From assembly GCA_030059675.1 (NCBI GenBank), contig JANVYQ010000003.1, positions 35,547 to 99,546 on the forward strand: a stretch of DNA of 64,000 nucleotides, in the 5' to 3' direction. The position numbers were made by a program, and so were the translations under genes. Positions 31,403-41,890 of the stretch are shown piece after piece (positions within the stretch are counted from its first letter, which is position 1; each line of letters starts with the position of its first letter). The DNA is from Candidatus Pelearchaeum maunauluense. GTDB taxonomy: Archaea > Thermoproteota > Nitrososphaeria_A > Caldarchaeales > Caldarchaeaceae. The notes below the pieces were generated by a model that saw only the letters and a program-made list of their open reading frames with translations, made no database searches and was not told where the DNA came from.

Positions 31403-32143
31403 GTGAAGACTAAAGGAACAACCATAATTATTTTTCTCCTCCCATCTATACTATTCCTAAGCCTATTCGTAATATATCCGATGCTGTATAACTTCTACAT
31501 AAGTCTCTTCAAGTGGAAAGTGGTCAGAATAGAATCATTTATCGGCCTGGATAACTATGTCAAGCTACTTAACAATCCCCAATTCCATAGGGCGTTCATA
31601 AACAACCTAATCTGGATACTTATTCACGTACCCACAACAACAGTTTTAGGACTTCTCCTAGCTGTTCTCCTCAAGCGCGTCAAGGGCTCTTACATAATCA
31701 AGTCCGTAATCTTCCTAGGTATGGTCATACCCCAGATAGTTGTCGGCATAATGCTGCTCTTCATGTTCGACTCGGATGCACTGGATTCGCGGTAGTAGGT
31801 TATTCCGCTGGGCTTGAAGGAATACCCAAAGACCTATACGACGCCGCGGTTGATGGAGCTTCTCCTTTCAAAACATTCTGGCACATAACTATACCCATGT
31901 TGAGGCCCGCAACAATAGTTGTGGTTACTATGACCCTAATCTGGGTTCTAAAGATATTCGATATAGTTTATGTAGCCACGCGCGGAGGGGCCTGGAGGAG
32001 CTACAAACGTAATGGCTTATATGATGTATGAGCAGGGTTTCGTCTTCTATAAGTGGGGGGTAGCTGCCGCTATAGCGACGATATTCACCGTGATAATACT
32101 GGTGTTCTCAATATATCTGGTGCGCTCTATGGTGAGAAGATGA
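31403..32143 (+). pseudogene. MalF/UgpA-type ABC permease broken by two frameshifts (about 31780; GGGG run about 31986)
   Basis: Conserved segments MLLFMF / SAGLEGIPKDLYDAAVDGASPFKTFWHITIPMLRPATIVVV...VATRGG / GGATNVMAYMMYEQGF... lie in three frames. Confidence 0.65.
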
Positions 32144-32967
32144 GACTCTCGTCGATATTGATACATGTGCTCGCGTGGGCTATAGCCTCGCTGTGGATTA
32201 TACCGTTCATGGGGGTTTTATGGCCTCTATAAGGCCGTTAAGCGAGATACTAAGCGGCTGGTGGAACTTTCAAAACATGAACATAACACCAGATAACTAC
32301 ATCAACGCATGGACCAACGAGCAGGTTCCAATAAGTAGGCACATGATTAACTCAATCCTAATAGCCATACCATCTACGATAATCCCAATATTCACTGCTT
32401 CGCTTGCAGCATACTGTTTCGCCCGTTTCAGCTTCCCTTTAAAAACATGCTATTCCTAACAATAGTCTTATTACAAACACTCCCACAGCAATCGGTGGTT
32501 ATCCACTCTTCATCATGCTGAGTCAAATGGGACTCCTTAACACGCTGCTCAGCCTAGTCATAGTGCATACGGCCTTCGCAGCTCCATGGACTATTTTCTT
32601 CTTCCGCAACTTCTTCGCCACACTGCCTGCTGAGGTTGAGGAGCAGGCACGCGTGGATGGAGCTTCAGATTTCAAGATATATTATAAGATAGTGCTGCCC
32701 ATGTCCCTGCCTGCATTATCCTCCGTCGCCGCGCTACAGTTCGTATGGGTTTGGAATGATTTCTTCTTCGCCTTAATATTCCTATCGGGAGCGCGTGAGC
32801 TACAGCCCCTTACCGTTGCTATATCCCTACTTAGGGGGAGATACTTCGTGGATTGGGGGCTGCTTACCGCAGCATCTGTTCTAACTATGGCAATCCCTCT
32901 ACTGCTCTACGCGCTATTACAACGATACCTCATGAGGGGAATAGTCGTTGGCGCGGTGAAAGGATAA
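32140..32967 (+). pseudogene. MalG/UgpE-type ABC permease broken by three frameshifts (GGGGG run 32213-32217, AAAAA run about 32440, about 32500)
   Basis: MRLSSILIHVLAWAIASLWIIPFMGV / MASIRPLSEIL...FARFSFPLK / MLFLTIVLLQTLPQQSVVI / PLFIMLSQMGLLNT...EAA-loop EVEEQARVDGAS. Confidence 0.65.
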
Positions 32968-32969
32968 TA

Positions 32970-34063
32970 TTATACTATAAGCTCCTCGGTCTTAGCGTCA
33001 AAGATATGCACCTTATCACGTCTAAATCCAACCCAGACACGCATACCCGCATGGAACTCGGTAGTAGGCTGTATGACCGCCTTAATAATATCATCACCAA
33101 GCTTAAGGTCAATAATCATATTAGAGCCCATGGGCTCAACCACGTAAAACTCTGACTCAAACACAGAATCATCACCCTTATGCGTGGAGAGTAGTATATC
33201 CTCTGGTCTAATTCCTATGTATATTTCGCTGCCAGTTCTGTCTCTTAAGATGCTGCTAATGTCCTTAGCGTCGTATAGGAAGTATCCAGCGTCAAGCATT
33301 ACCTCGCCGTTCTTCTCTGTTACTGAAGCCTTAATCATATTCATGGGCGGGCTTCCTATAAAAACACCTACAAACGTGTTGGCTGGCTTATTGTATATCT
33401 CAATAGGCACATCATACTGCTGTATCTTGCCACGATTCATGACAGCTAGCCTGTCAGCCATCGCCATAGCCTCAGCCTGGTCATGGGTTACGTATACGGT
33501 GGTTATCTTGAGGTCTTTCTGAAGCCGCTTTAGCTCAGCTCTCATATAGACGCGGAGCTTTGCGTCTAAGTTGCTCAGCGGCTCATCCATTAAGAAAGCC
33601 TTAGGCTGCCGCACTATCGCTCTTCCCAGCGCCACACGCTACTGCTCGCCGCCGCTGAGCTGTTTCGGCCTTCTGTTCAAGAGATGCTGTATATTGAGGA
33701 GACGCGCAGCCTTCTTGAAGCGGCGGTCTATCTCATTCTTAGGGAGCTTCCGCATCCTTAATGGGAAAGCCATATTATCATAAACCGTCATGTGGGGTAT
33801 AGGGCGTAGTTTTGAAAGACCATAGCTATATCACGGTCTTTTGGTGGGAGACTATTAACGACATTCCCATCAATGTATATGTATCCCTCGTCGGGGGTTT
33901 CAAGACCAGCTATACATCTAAGCGTAGTAGTCTTTCCGCATCCAGAGGGGCCAAGTAAAACTACAAACTCCCCATCATCAATATTCAAGCTAACTCCATT
34001 TACTGCGAGTGTTTTATCAAACCGCTTAACCAGATTTTCTATACGTATATCACTCATAACCAA
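32970..34063 (-). pseudogene. MalK/UgpC-type ABC ATPase with one frameshift (CCCC run about 33793-33796) and an in-frame TAG at 33639-33641 that replaces the conserved Gln of the ABC signature LSGGQQQRV
   Basis: Walker [10 protein letters not shown] (33788..34063 ORF), ...LSGGEQ-TAG-RVALGRAIV..., Walker B LMDEPLSNLD, C-terminal TOBE-like domain. Confidence 0.7.
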
Positions 34064-34111
34064 CTATGTTTATCATTGTTTGGATTAAAAATTTTATGGC
34101 TAGAACAAGTC

Positions 34112-35047
34112 TTATCTAATCATCTCTTTTATTACCGTATTCCGTAGAAGGCCTATTTTCTCTATTTCAGCCTCAACTATATCGCCGTGCTTTAGATATG
34201 GCTTCCCCGCTGCTGCAACTCCCGCTGGTGTCCCAGTAGCTATAATATCGCCTGGCTCAAGAGTCATACCATCAGACACATATTCTACCAGCTGGCCTAT
34301 CTTGAAAATCATCTCCTCAGTATTCCCTTCCTGCCTCACCTCTCCATTAACTCTTAGAGTAAGTTTTAGAGGATATGGAGAACCAATCTCATCCTTAGTT
34401 ACTAGATACGGCCCGCATGGGGCGGCGGAGTCAAGGCTCTTACCAAGAATCCAGTTCATGCCGTATGAGCTTTTCTTCTCAGGCCAGCCAGGTGGAAACT
34501 GTTTATCTCTAAAACTAACGTCATTAAACACCATATAGCCAGCTATGTACTCATCAACATCATTAGAGCTTATGTATTTGCCGCGCTTACCTATCACGAC
34601 AGCCAGCTCCACCTCATAATCAACCTTCGTGGAAGACTTTGGTATGATTATATTCTCCCCATGACCTATGAGGGCGTTGTTATATTTTCCAAAGAAATAC
34701 GGCGCCTCAGGCACCTCAGAGCGTAGCTCCCTAGTATGTGAATAGTAGTTAGCCGCTACGCAGAGTATCTTCTGCGGGTCGGGTATAGGTGCTTTGAACC
34801 CGACCTCCTCATAACTGCAGTAGAGTGCGCGTTGGTCATTCATTTTGGGTGCTTCCATAATCAGCTTCATGATTGTATTATAAGCTTCATCGCCTTTGCA
34901 GAGTATCTCCTTAACTGAGAGAAGATAACCAGGCACAGTATCGCCGCCAATTATCTCGGTATATGCCTTGGATAAGTCTAATATCCCATATTCGGTGAGC
35001 GCTCCCACTTTGATTGAACCATGAATAGTGATTGTTGCCAGCTTCAT
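34112..35047 (-). CDS. Fumarylacetoacetate hydrolase (FAH) family protein
   Basis: 311 aa; conserved ...KILCVAANY...E.ELAVVIG...DV.....GYMVFNDVS.R... pattern. Confidence 0.8.
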   Translation of the reverse strand: MKLATITIHGSIKVGALTEYGILDLSKAYTEIIGGDTVPGYLLSVKEILCKGDEAYNTIMKLIMEAPKMNDQRALYCSYEEVGFKAPIPDPQKILCVAANYYSHTRELRSEVPEAPYFFGKYNNALIGHGENIIIPKSSTKVDYEVELAVVIGKRGKYISSNDVDEYIAGYMVFNDVSFRDKQFPPGWPEKKSSYGMNWILGKSLDSAAPCGPYLVTKDEIGSPYPLKLTLRVNGEVRQEGNTEEMIFKIGQLVEYVSDGMTLEPGDIIATGTPAGVAAAGKPYLKHGDIVEAEIEKIGLLRNTVIKEMIR

Positions 35048-35124
35048 CTCTGCAACATTTCTTGCAAAACCTTTTTCTTAATTAAGATAAAGGTTTAAGC
35101 ACTGGCTCTTATCATAACGATGAT

Positions 35125-35634
35125 ATGAATAACGTAAATCTGGAGAAGATAAAAGAGTTCGTCCAAGCGGTGGAGAAGGACCCGACAGAGGCCAAGAAAC
35201 ACAAAATCGTTAATGGTAGCTGGGTGTTTGAGGAGGGAAAGCCGCAGTTTACCGCTATGCTAGAGTATCAAAATGGGAAGGTATCGCTGAACTGTGAGAT
35301 GCCGCCGTTCGCTGGCGGATGGGGAACAAGCCCAGACCCAATACAATACTGCCTCTACGGCCTAGCTGCGTGCTTCGCGGTAACATTCGCGGCAACAGCA
35401 AGCTCTGAGGGGATACAGCTAAAAAAGCTAGAAGTAACCGCGGAAAACTGGATAGATCTGAAAAAACAAATAGGCCTATCCAAAGACCCGATAATTGAGC
35501 GTATCAAGCTAACGGTGCGCGCAGAAGGCGCTTCGCGCGAAGTTTTGGAAAGATTGTTGAAGATATCTGAGGAGCGTTGTCCTGGTGTTGAGTGCGTTAC
35601 GCGGAGTATTCCATTTGAGACCGTGTTAGGCTAA
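35125..35634 (+). CDS. OsmC/Ohr-family protein
   Basis: ...GGWGTSPDPIQYCLYGLAACF...; 169 aa. Confidence 0.7.
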   Translation: MNNVNLEKIKEFVQAVEKDPTEAKKHKIVNGSWVFEEGKPQFTAMLEYQNGKVSLNCEMPPFAGGWGTSPDPIQYCLYGLAACFAVTFAATASSEGIQLKKLEVTAENWIDLKKQIGLSKDPIIERIKLTVRAEGASREVLERLLKISEERCPGVECVTRSIPFETVLG

Positions 35635-35662
35635 TCTTCCTTATAACGTCGTAGTTTATTAT

Positions 35663-36064
35663 TTATTTTTCCAGTTGTTTTATTGCCTCTAAAGCTATTT
35701 CTTCGTCTTCCTCTGAGGTTGCCCCGCTCACGCCTACAGCGCCTATTGTTTCATCGCCGCGTTTTATGGGAACGCCACCACGGCCGAAGAGCATACGCCC
35801 CCCGCTCATCACGGATATGCCAGCCCAGAATGCAGGGTTTTCCTGTATGCGCTGCTGAAATTCGCCCGTTCTTCTCCTAAAGATTGCCGACGTTGTTGCT
35901 TTCCCCCACGCTATTTGGGGTGATGCAGCTATAGCGCCGTCCATCCTTGCCAGAAGTATGAGCTCTCCATGCGCATTTACGACAGCTATAGAAACCTTAA
36001 CACCCATAGACTCAGCCTTCCTTATACCTGCTTCGACAATCTGCTTAGCCTGCTCCAGATTCAA
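35663..36064 (-). CDS. GlcG/HbpS-like (DUF336, possible heme-binding) protein
   Basis: VSIAVVNAHGELILLARMDGA...AWGKATTSA...GGVPI family pattern. Confidence 0.7.
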   Translation of the reverse strand: MNLEQAKQIVEAGIRKAESMGVKVSIAVVNAHGELILLARMDGAIAASPQIAWGKATTSAIFRRRTGEFQQRIQENPAFWAGISVMSGGRMLFGRGGVPIKRGDETIGAVGVSGATSEEDEEIALEAIKQLEK

Positions 36065-36072
36065 ACCCAGTA

Positions 36073-36585
36073 CTACCTCCTCTCGTACTCACTATAATGA
36101 TGTTGTTCTATGCTTTGTGCGTGTATTGGTCTGAATGGCTCTAGTCTGCGTAGCCACGAATATACTAGATACCCTGCGATTACCGTGATGAGTTGGCCTC
36201 CAACCGCTGCCATTAACGCCTCGCTTAGCAACGCGCCTGTTACTGTAGAGATTAGATATGCTGTCCATATCCCTGTGAGAACCGCGTATATCAGAGCTCC
36301 CAGCAATACGCTCTGACGGCGCATAAGGTATATGGCCAGCAGGCCGGCTAATGCGAAGATCGTTGTGAGGAGGTCCATAGGTCCAAACGGTGAGGCGCTG
36401 TTGGTCATGAACTGGCCGAATAGGAATCCCAGCAGCGCTGGCACGCCGAAGAGAGCTATGAGCGGGCTTACTATTTCGCCAGGCTTGATGAAAAGTCCCG
36501 CGATCTCAATCCTTCCTATGGCTGCTGTTCCAGCTACGTAGAAGCCAGCCATCAGCACAAAAACGGCAAAATCGCTATACCTCAT
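36073..36585 (-). CDS. QueT/ECF-S-like small membrane protein, paralog of 7297..7812
   Basis: Shared motifs with the first copy (IKPGEIVSPLIALFGVPALLGFLFGQFMTNSASPFGPMDLL). Confidence 0.4.
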   Translation of the reverse strand: MRYSDFAVFVLMAGFYVAGTAAIGRIEIAGLFIKPGEIVSPLIALFGVPALLGFLFGQFMTNSASPFGPMDLLTTIFALAGLLAIYLMRRQSVLLGALIYAVLTGIWTAYLISTVTGALLSEALMAAVGGQLITVIAGYLVYSWLRRLEPFRPIHAQSIEQHHYSEYERR

Positions 36586-36603
36586 CTAGCCATTCACCTC
36601 AAG

Positions 36604-37440
36604 CTACCATAGGAAGGCGCCTTCCCAAATTATGAGGAATAGCATGAGCCATATGAGGTCAACGAAGTTCCAGTAGAGGCTTACTGCATCAAGGAATCCA
36701 TGGCTCTTGGGTTTGAAGTGTCCCAGCTTGGCCCTCCCTGCGGCTATTGCGAGGACTATTATTCCCCCTACAACGTGGGCTCCGTGAACGCCTGTTAGTA
36801 TGTAGAAGCTGGAGCCGTAGAACCCGCTTGCTGGCGTGAAGCCAAGCTCGTAAATCAGGCGAGGCCACTCAATACCGAGCTTAAGCCCCATGAACACTAT
36901 ACCCAAAACCATAGTAGCTAGAATGCCCGCTAAAACGCCTCGGTTATTCCCCTTCTTAGCAGACCATACGGCCAGTTCTATGGTAACGCTGCTGGTTAGT
37001 AGTATTATCGTCTGGATTCGTGGGATGAAGTTTTCTAGGTGAGGAGCTCCTGGCGGAGGCCAGACAGGGAAGGTGGAGCGTATAAGGAAATAAGCTCCAA
37101 ATGCTGAAGCGAAGAACGCCGTCTCAGTGAGGAGGAAGAGCGCGGTTGGGAAGCCGACGCTCCCTACCTTCTCAGGCTCGGCGGGTATTGGCGTCTTCTG
37201 AAGCCTCTCAAAGAAGCTGGAAATCACGTGCTGCCACTGCCTAACCTCAAACACCACAAAAACCACTAACAAAGCGATGAAGTAGAAGACTAGAATTAAG
37301 CCTACTGTTGTGTATATCCCTTTAAGCAGGAGAATTAGGCCGGCTATCAGCGCTATGGTGTTCAGCCCAACGATAGCAGGCCAGATGCTCCCCTCCTCAT
37401 GTTCTTCATGAGCCGCGTGAGCGTTAGTTTCTGCGCTCAT
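36604..37440 (-). CDS. Stand-alone heme-copper oxidase subunit III homolog
   Basis: GVHGAHVVGG...YWNFVDLIWLMLFLIIW subunit-III signature. Confidence 0.7.
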   Translation of the reverse strand: MSAETNAHAAHEEHEEGSIWPAIVGLNTIALIAGLILLLKGIYTTVGLILVFYFIALLVVFVVFEVRQWQHVISSFFERLQKTPIPAEPEKVGSVGFPTALFLLTETAFFASAFGAYFLIRSTFPVWPPPGAPHLENFIPRIQTIILLTSSVTIELAVWSAKKGNNRGVLAGILATMVLGIVFMGLKLGIEWPRLIYELGFTPASGFYGSSFYILTGVHGAHVVGGIIVLAIAAGRAKLGHFKPKSHGFLDAVSLYWNFVDLIWLMLFLIIWEGAFLW

Positions 37441-37491
37441 GATAGTAACAGCTCCTGCAAACCAGCCTAAAAAGCATATTATTAAGTTTCG

Positions 37492-38490
37492 TTATCCTAC
37501 TCTCCCAACAGCTCTAACTGCCTTCCTTATACAGCCCACGCGCGGGCTAAATACCAGCGTAAAAACGATATTCGCCAAAGAGACTGTGAAGAGGAACAAC
37601 GAGGCTACGCTCTCTGGATTTCTTATCATCATGAGCAACGCGGCAGATAGCGGAGCCAGCATAGACGCGAGAGGGCCAGCTAGATACATCATCGCATAAC
37701 CAAGCCCGCCCGCCGCGCTGGAATCTCTATCTATGCGCAGGCCTAAAACGATGGGGAGAAGCTTAGCTCTACGCGGGAGTATTACAACAATATTGGACAA
37801 ACCCACATAATAAAACTTGAATCTCACACCAGTTAAGAGCCCTACTAATAAATGCGCCAGGTCATGCGTAAAGAACCATAGCAAAAAGAAAACCCCAAAG
37901 GAGATGATTAGGTCTATGACTGGAATATTAGTAGGCAATAGTGCGAGGAGCCAGAGCCCTACCGCGATTCCTATAGCGGATAGGATGGAGCCGCTCAAAA
38001 GGCTCATAGTAAAAACGTACCCAAACTCTGGGAGTCTAGCCTCACCCGTTATGAGAGACCGTAAAACGGCATTACGATAATCAAACACGCGCCCAATCAT
38101 CCTTATTGCAAGAGAATCAAATAACGGGCCCTGGAATGACTGTATTTCAATAATATCCTCCAACGTGGTAAAGCCATGATTTTCATGGCTTAGTATGTGT
38201 GTATGAGACCACTTCTTGAAAGGCGAGTCTATCGCAACTAGTTCAATCTTATTTGGCCGCTCATACCCAATTACACGAAACTTAACGCGAAATGGTTGGT
38301 GGAGTATGTGTAGCTTTAGTTCTATATCGGCTCCTAAATACAGTGTAGAGGGAGCATCTATAACTTTAACGCGCATCTCAGGCGGATAGAGCTTAGCCAT
38401 ATTATCGGGCGTCGTGATAATGTTAAACACGCGCTCCTGCTCGGCCTCTATCCGAGTCTTAACTGCCAGCCTAGCCATACCATCTCCCAC
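37492..38490 (-). CDS. Fusion of an N-terminal SRPBCC (START/polyketide-cyclase-like) domain to a C-terminal multi-TM domain
   Basis: About 150 aa soluble N-terminus followed by four or five hydrophobic helices; no specific family recognised. Confidence 0.35.
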   Translation of the reverse strand: MGDGMARLAVKTRIEAEQERVFNIITTPDNMAKLYPPEMRVKVIDAPSTLYLGADIELKLHILHQPFRVKFRVIGYERPNKIELVAIDSPFKKWSHTHILSHENHGFTTLEDIIEIQSFQGPLFDSLAIRMIGRVFDYRNAVLRSLITGEARLPEFGYVFTMSLLSGSILSAIGIAVGLWLLALLPTNIPVIDLIISFGVFFLLWFFTHDLAHLLVGLLTGVRFKFYYVGLSNIVVILPRRAKLLPIVLGLRIDRDSSAAGGLGYAMMYLAGPLASMLAPLSAALLMMIRNPESVASLFLFTVSLANIVFTLVFSPRVGCIRKAVRAVGRVG

Positions 38491-38551
38491 AAGAGAGGCC
38501 CATCTTTATATTGAATCAACAGACGCAAACCATGGAAGAAGGAGAGGAAAT

Positions 38552-40177
38552 AAAATGGCGACCCAATGCAACCAACAGCTAAGCCTCCACTGGCTTGAAA
38601 AGCTCGTCTTGCTCGCTCTAAACGAGCTTAATAGGCCAGCCATCTACGAAGAGCTGGCTCAAAAAGCCGTAGAGCTGGTAAATAGAGCCCAGACGGCACT
38701 AAGCCGCGAGTCCTTCACAACAACAGCACGGAAGCCATCTGCCATAGCAAAAGCATGTGGATGGCTACAACAGAAACAACTGATAGAACAGTATGAACAT
38801 GGAGAAACTACTAGGATAATATCGCTGGGCAGGGAGGGATTAAGATACGCGTCAGAGGGTCTGCCAGAGAGGAGGCTGGTTAATTTCCTGATAGAGAGAG
38901 GCGGAGAAGCCACGGTGGATGAAGTATCAAGTGCCGTCAACGATTATACGATTGCCCTAAACTGGGCTAAACGTAACGGCTGGATAGCATTTGATAAGAA
39001 AAACTCGGAAACCTATGTGAGGATTGTATCTGAGCCTCCCAGCATGACGGTAGCAGAAGAGCTGCTCCAACGCTTAATGCTTGAGGACACTATACCCATG
39101 GATTCTCTACCCGAAGAGATGAAGAACATAGTTGAGCAAATGATAACTAGGCAGGATGTAATTCGGATAGTTGAAAAACGGGAACGTAGAGTAGGACTGA
39201 CGTCAAAAGGGAAAGAACTCGCCTCGCAGCTTGCAGCGGTAAAGCTTGAAGACATACTGAGTGAGATAACACAGCTCACGCCTGAGATACTGAAGACGGG
39301 AAAATGGAGGCATCTAACCCTAAGCAAATACGACATAACCGCGGCGGTGCCACCAGTATTCGCAGCTAAACGACATCCACTCGTAGAACTAATACGCTTA
39401 GTCAAACAAGTCTATGTGGAGATGGGCTTTGAAGAAATACAAGGCCCAATCGTAGAGCTTGCCTTTTGGAATTTTGACGCCCTATTCCAGCCGCAAGACC
39501 ATCCAGCACGCGAGATGCAAGACACTTTCTACGTTGATTTAGAGGAAAAAGGAGAAATTCCCAGAGAGTATGTGGATGAAGTAAAGAAGGTTCATGAAAA
39601 CGGTGGAAGAACAGGCTCTAAAGGTTGGCGCTATAATTGGAGTGAAGACGAGGCGCGGAGGCTCGTGCTAAGAACGCATACAACAGCTACAACAATTAGA
39701 CATTTGGCAGAAGTTAAAAAACCACCAATAAAAGTCTTCTCTGTAGATAGGATATATAGAAATGAGAAAGTAGATTGGAAACACCTAGCGGAATTTCACC
39801 AGATAGAAGGTATAGTTATGGAGAAGGGAGCTAACTTCAGGCAGCTTATGGGAATAATAAAAGAATTTTATTCTAGGCTGGGGTTGCGCGAGGTTAGGTT
39901 TAGGCCCAGCTATTTCCCATACACCGAGCCATCAGCGGAGGTTGAGGTTTTCCTAGGTGGCAAGTGGCTTGAGCTGGGTGGTATGGGTGTGTTCAGGCCA
40001 GAAACCACCGCCCCATTCGGAGTCAAGTATCCAGTTCTGGCATGGGGGCTTGGGCTTGAAAGACTAGCCATGGCTATCTACGGAGTTGAGGATATAAGAA
40101 CCTTCAGCAGAAACGACCTCGCATGGCTTAGACGCACCTCACCACTAACCCCATACCGCGTCGCGGGAAGAATCTAA
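38552..40177 (+). CDS. pheS: Phenylalanyl-tRNA synthetase alpha subunit (archaeal type); start taken at MATQCNQQLSL...
   Basis: Class II motifs, e.g. FRPSYFPYTEPSAEVEVF, GMGVFRPE; the upstream in-frame extension to 38414 overlaps the neighbouring gene. Confidence 0.85.
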   Translation, partial: KMATQCNQQLSLHWLEKLVLLALNELNRPAIYEELAQKAVELVNRAQTALSRESFTTTARKPSAIAKACGWLQQKQLIEQYEHGETTRIISLGREGLRYASEGLPERRLVNFLIERGGEATVDEVSSAVNDYTIALNWAKRNGWIAFDKKNSETYVRIVSEPPSMTVAEELLQRLMLEDTIPMDSLPEEMKNIVEQMITRQDVIRIVEKRERRVGLTSKGKELASQLAAVKLEDILSEITQLTPEILKTGKWRHLTLSKYDITAAVPPVFAAKRHPLVELIRLVKQVYVEMGFEEIQGPIVELAFWNFDALFQPQDHPAREMQDTFYVDLEEKGEIPREYVDEVKKVHENGGRTGSKGWRYNWSEDEARRLVLRTHTTATTIRHLAEVKKPPIKVFSVDRIYRNEKVDWKHLAEFHQIEGIVMEKGANFRQLMGIIKEFYSRLGLREVRFRPSYFPYTEPSAEVEVFLGGKWLELGGMGVFRPETTAPFGVKYPVLAWGLGLERLAMAIYGVEDIRTFSRNDLAWLRRTSPLTPYRVAGRI

Positions 40178-40190
40178 GAAGGGTGATAAG

Positions 40191-41864
40191 ATGCCAGTAG
40201 TTAATATAAGGTTAGAGAAGCTTTCAAAACTTATAGGAAAAGAACTAACAGCCGAAGAAGCAGCACAACATCTAGCAGCAGCGGGCTTGGGAATAGAGGA
40301 AACAACAGAAAACGAAATAAAAGTCGAATACAATCCAAACAGGCCTGACTACTCCAGCATACACGGAATAGCCAGAACACTCAAGGGAATACTCGGGAAA
40401 CAACGCGGCCTACCACGCTTCAAGCTAAGAAACCCGAAGATAATCGTGAATGTAGACCCAAGCGTTCAGGGTGTCAGGCCGTATATAGTATGTGGTGTGG
40501 TAAGGAATCTGAGCCTAACCGAAGAAGACCTTGAGGAGCTAATAGCGATGCAAGAAGATCTTCACTGGATTCTGGGAAGAAACCGCAAGAAAGTCGCAAT
40601 AGGTCTTCATAATCTAGACGTTCTCACACCGCCTTTTGTATATAGGGCTGTAAAACCCGAAGAGCTACAATTTATCCCTCTTAAGAGCTCTACGAAAATG
40701 ACACCTAAACAAATTCTTGAAGAGCATGAGATAGGGAGGAAATATGCGCATTTGCTAGAGAGTTATGATAGGTATCCCATGATTTTAGATGCCCGTGGAA
40801 ACGTGCTATCCATGCCTCCAATAATAAACGCAAGCCTCACGGAATTGACCTCTGGCGTTAGAAATATATTCATAGATGTAACGGGAACCGACTGGGAAAA
40901 GATAAACCAAACGCTGAATATACTGATGACTTCTATGATTGATTCTGGCGGCTCTGGAGAGGCAGTAATAGTAAGGTATCAACGAAAACGTTATCTTACA
41001 CCATTAATGAAAAACGAATACCTTACGCTGAAAAGCTCGCTGGTAAATGAGCTTCTAGGATTAAACCTCTCAGATAAAGCAATAATAGACCTCTTACGAA
41101 TGATGAGGTTTGACGCCACACCTTCTAGAAAGGGTATGCTGAAAATCACAGTCCCACCATATAGAACTGATATAATGCATCCAGTTGACCTTGTGGAGGA
41201 AGTAGCTATAGCTTACGGGTATTCGCGGATGGAGTTGGAGCTCCCTAAGGCTCGGATTTTCGGCTCTGTGAGGAGAACTACAATTATTCAGGAGATTATT
41301 CGCGAGATAATGATAGGGCTTGGTTTCACCGAAGTTCTTAACATCCTACTGACGAATGAGGACGAGCAGTACAGGATGATGAACGTTAATGAACATCCGC
41401 ACATACGTGTTCTTAATCCCGCCACGCGAGAATACACCATGATGCGGACATGGCTAATTCCCTCCCTTCTCCGCAACTTAGCTGACAACCAGCAGCATCT
41501 TTATCCACAGCGGCTTTTCGAGATTGGGGACGTAATAGTTCCAGACCCTACGCAGCCAGAGAAGGCGCGGAGACGCTTATCACTAGCCGCTGTATCGTGT
41601 CATGCTGACGCGTCGTTCAGCGAGATGAAAGGAATAGCTGAAGAGCTGTTTAGGCTGCTGGGTCTCAATATAATCTTCACCCCAACAGCACACACGTCAT
41701 TCATAGACGGCCGCGTGGCAGAGCTATGCGTTAGAGACAGCCCAATAGGAATAATGGGCGAGGTCTCCCCATCTGTTTTAGAGTCATTCGACCTCCCCAT
41801 GCCCACAACGGCGTTTGAGGTTGATGTGGAGCAGGCCCTACAATACCGACTGGAGAAGGATTAA
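40191..41864 (+). CDS. pheT: Phenylalanyl-tRNA synthetase beta subunit (archaeal type)
   Basis: 557 aa; the N-terminal B3/4 domain gives MPVVNIRLEKL...; adjacent to pheS. Confidence 0.85.
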   Translation: MPVVNIRLEKLSKLIGKELTAEEAAQHLAAAGLGIEETTENEIKVEYNPNRPDYSSIHGIARTLKGILGKQRGLPRFKLRNPKIIVNVDPSVQGVRPYIVCGVVRNLSLTEEDLEELIAMQEDLHWILGRNRKKVAIGLHNLDVLTPPFVYRAVKPEELQFIPLKSSTKMTPKQILEEHEIGRKYAHLLESYDRYPMILDARGNVLSMPPIINASLTELTSGVRNIFIDVTGTDWEKINQTLNILMTSMIDSGGSGEAVIVRYQRKRYLTPLMKNEYLTLKSSLVNELLGLNLSDKAIIDLLRMMRFDATPSRKGMLKITVPPYRTDIMHPVDLVEEVAIAYGYSRMELELPKARIFGSVRRTTIIQEIIREIMIGLGFTEVLNILLTNEDEQYRMMNVNEHPHIRVLNPATREYTMMRTWLIPSLLRNLADNQQHLYPQRLFEIGDVIVPDPTQPEKARRRLSLAAVSCHADASFSEMKGIAEELFRLLGLNIIFTPTAHTSFIDGRVAELCVRDSPIGIMGEVSPSVLESFDLPMPTTAFEVDVEQALQYRLEKD

Positions 41865-41890
41865 GAATAACTAGTGAAGTAGATATAGCT

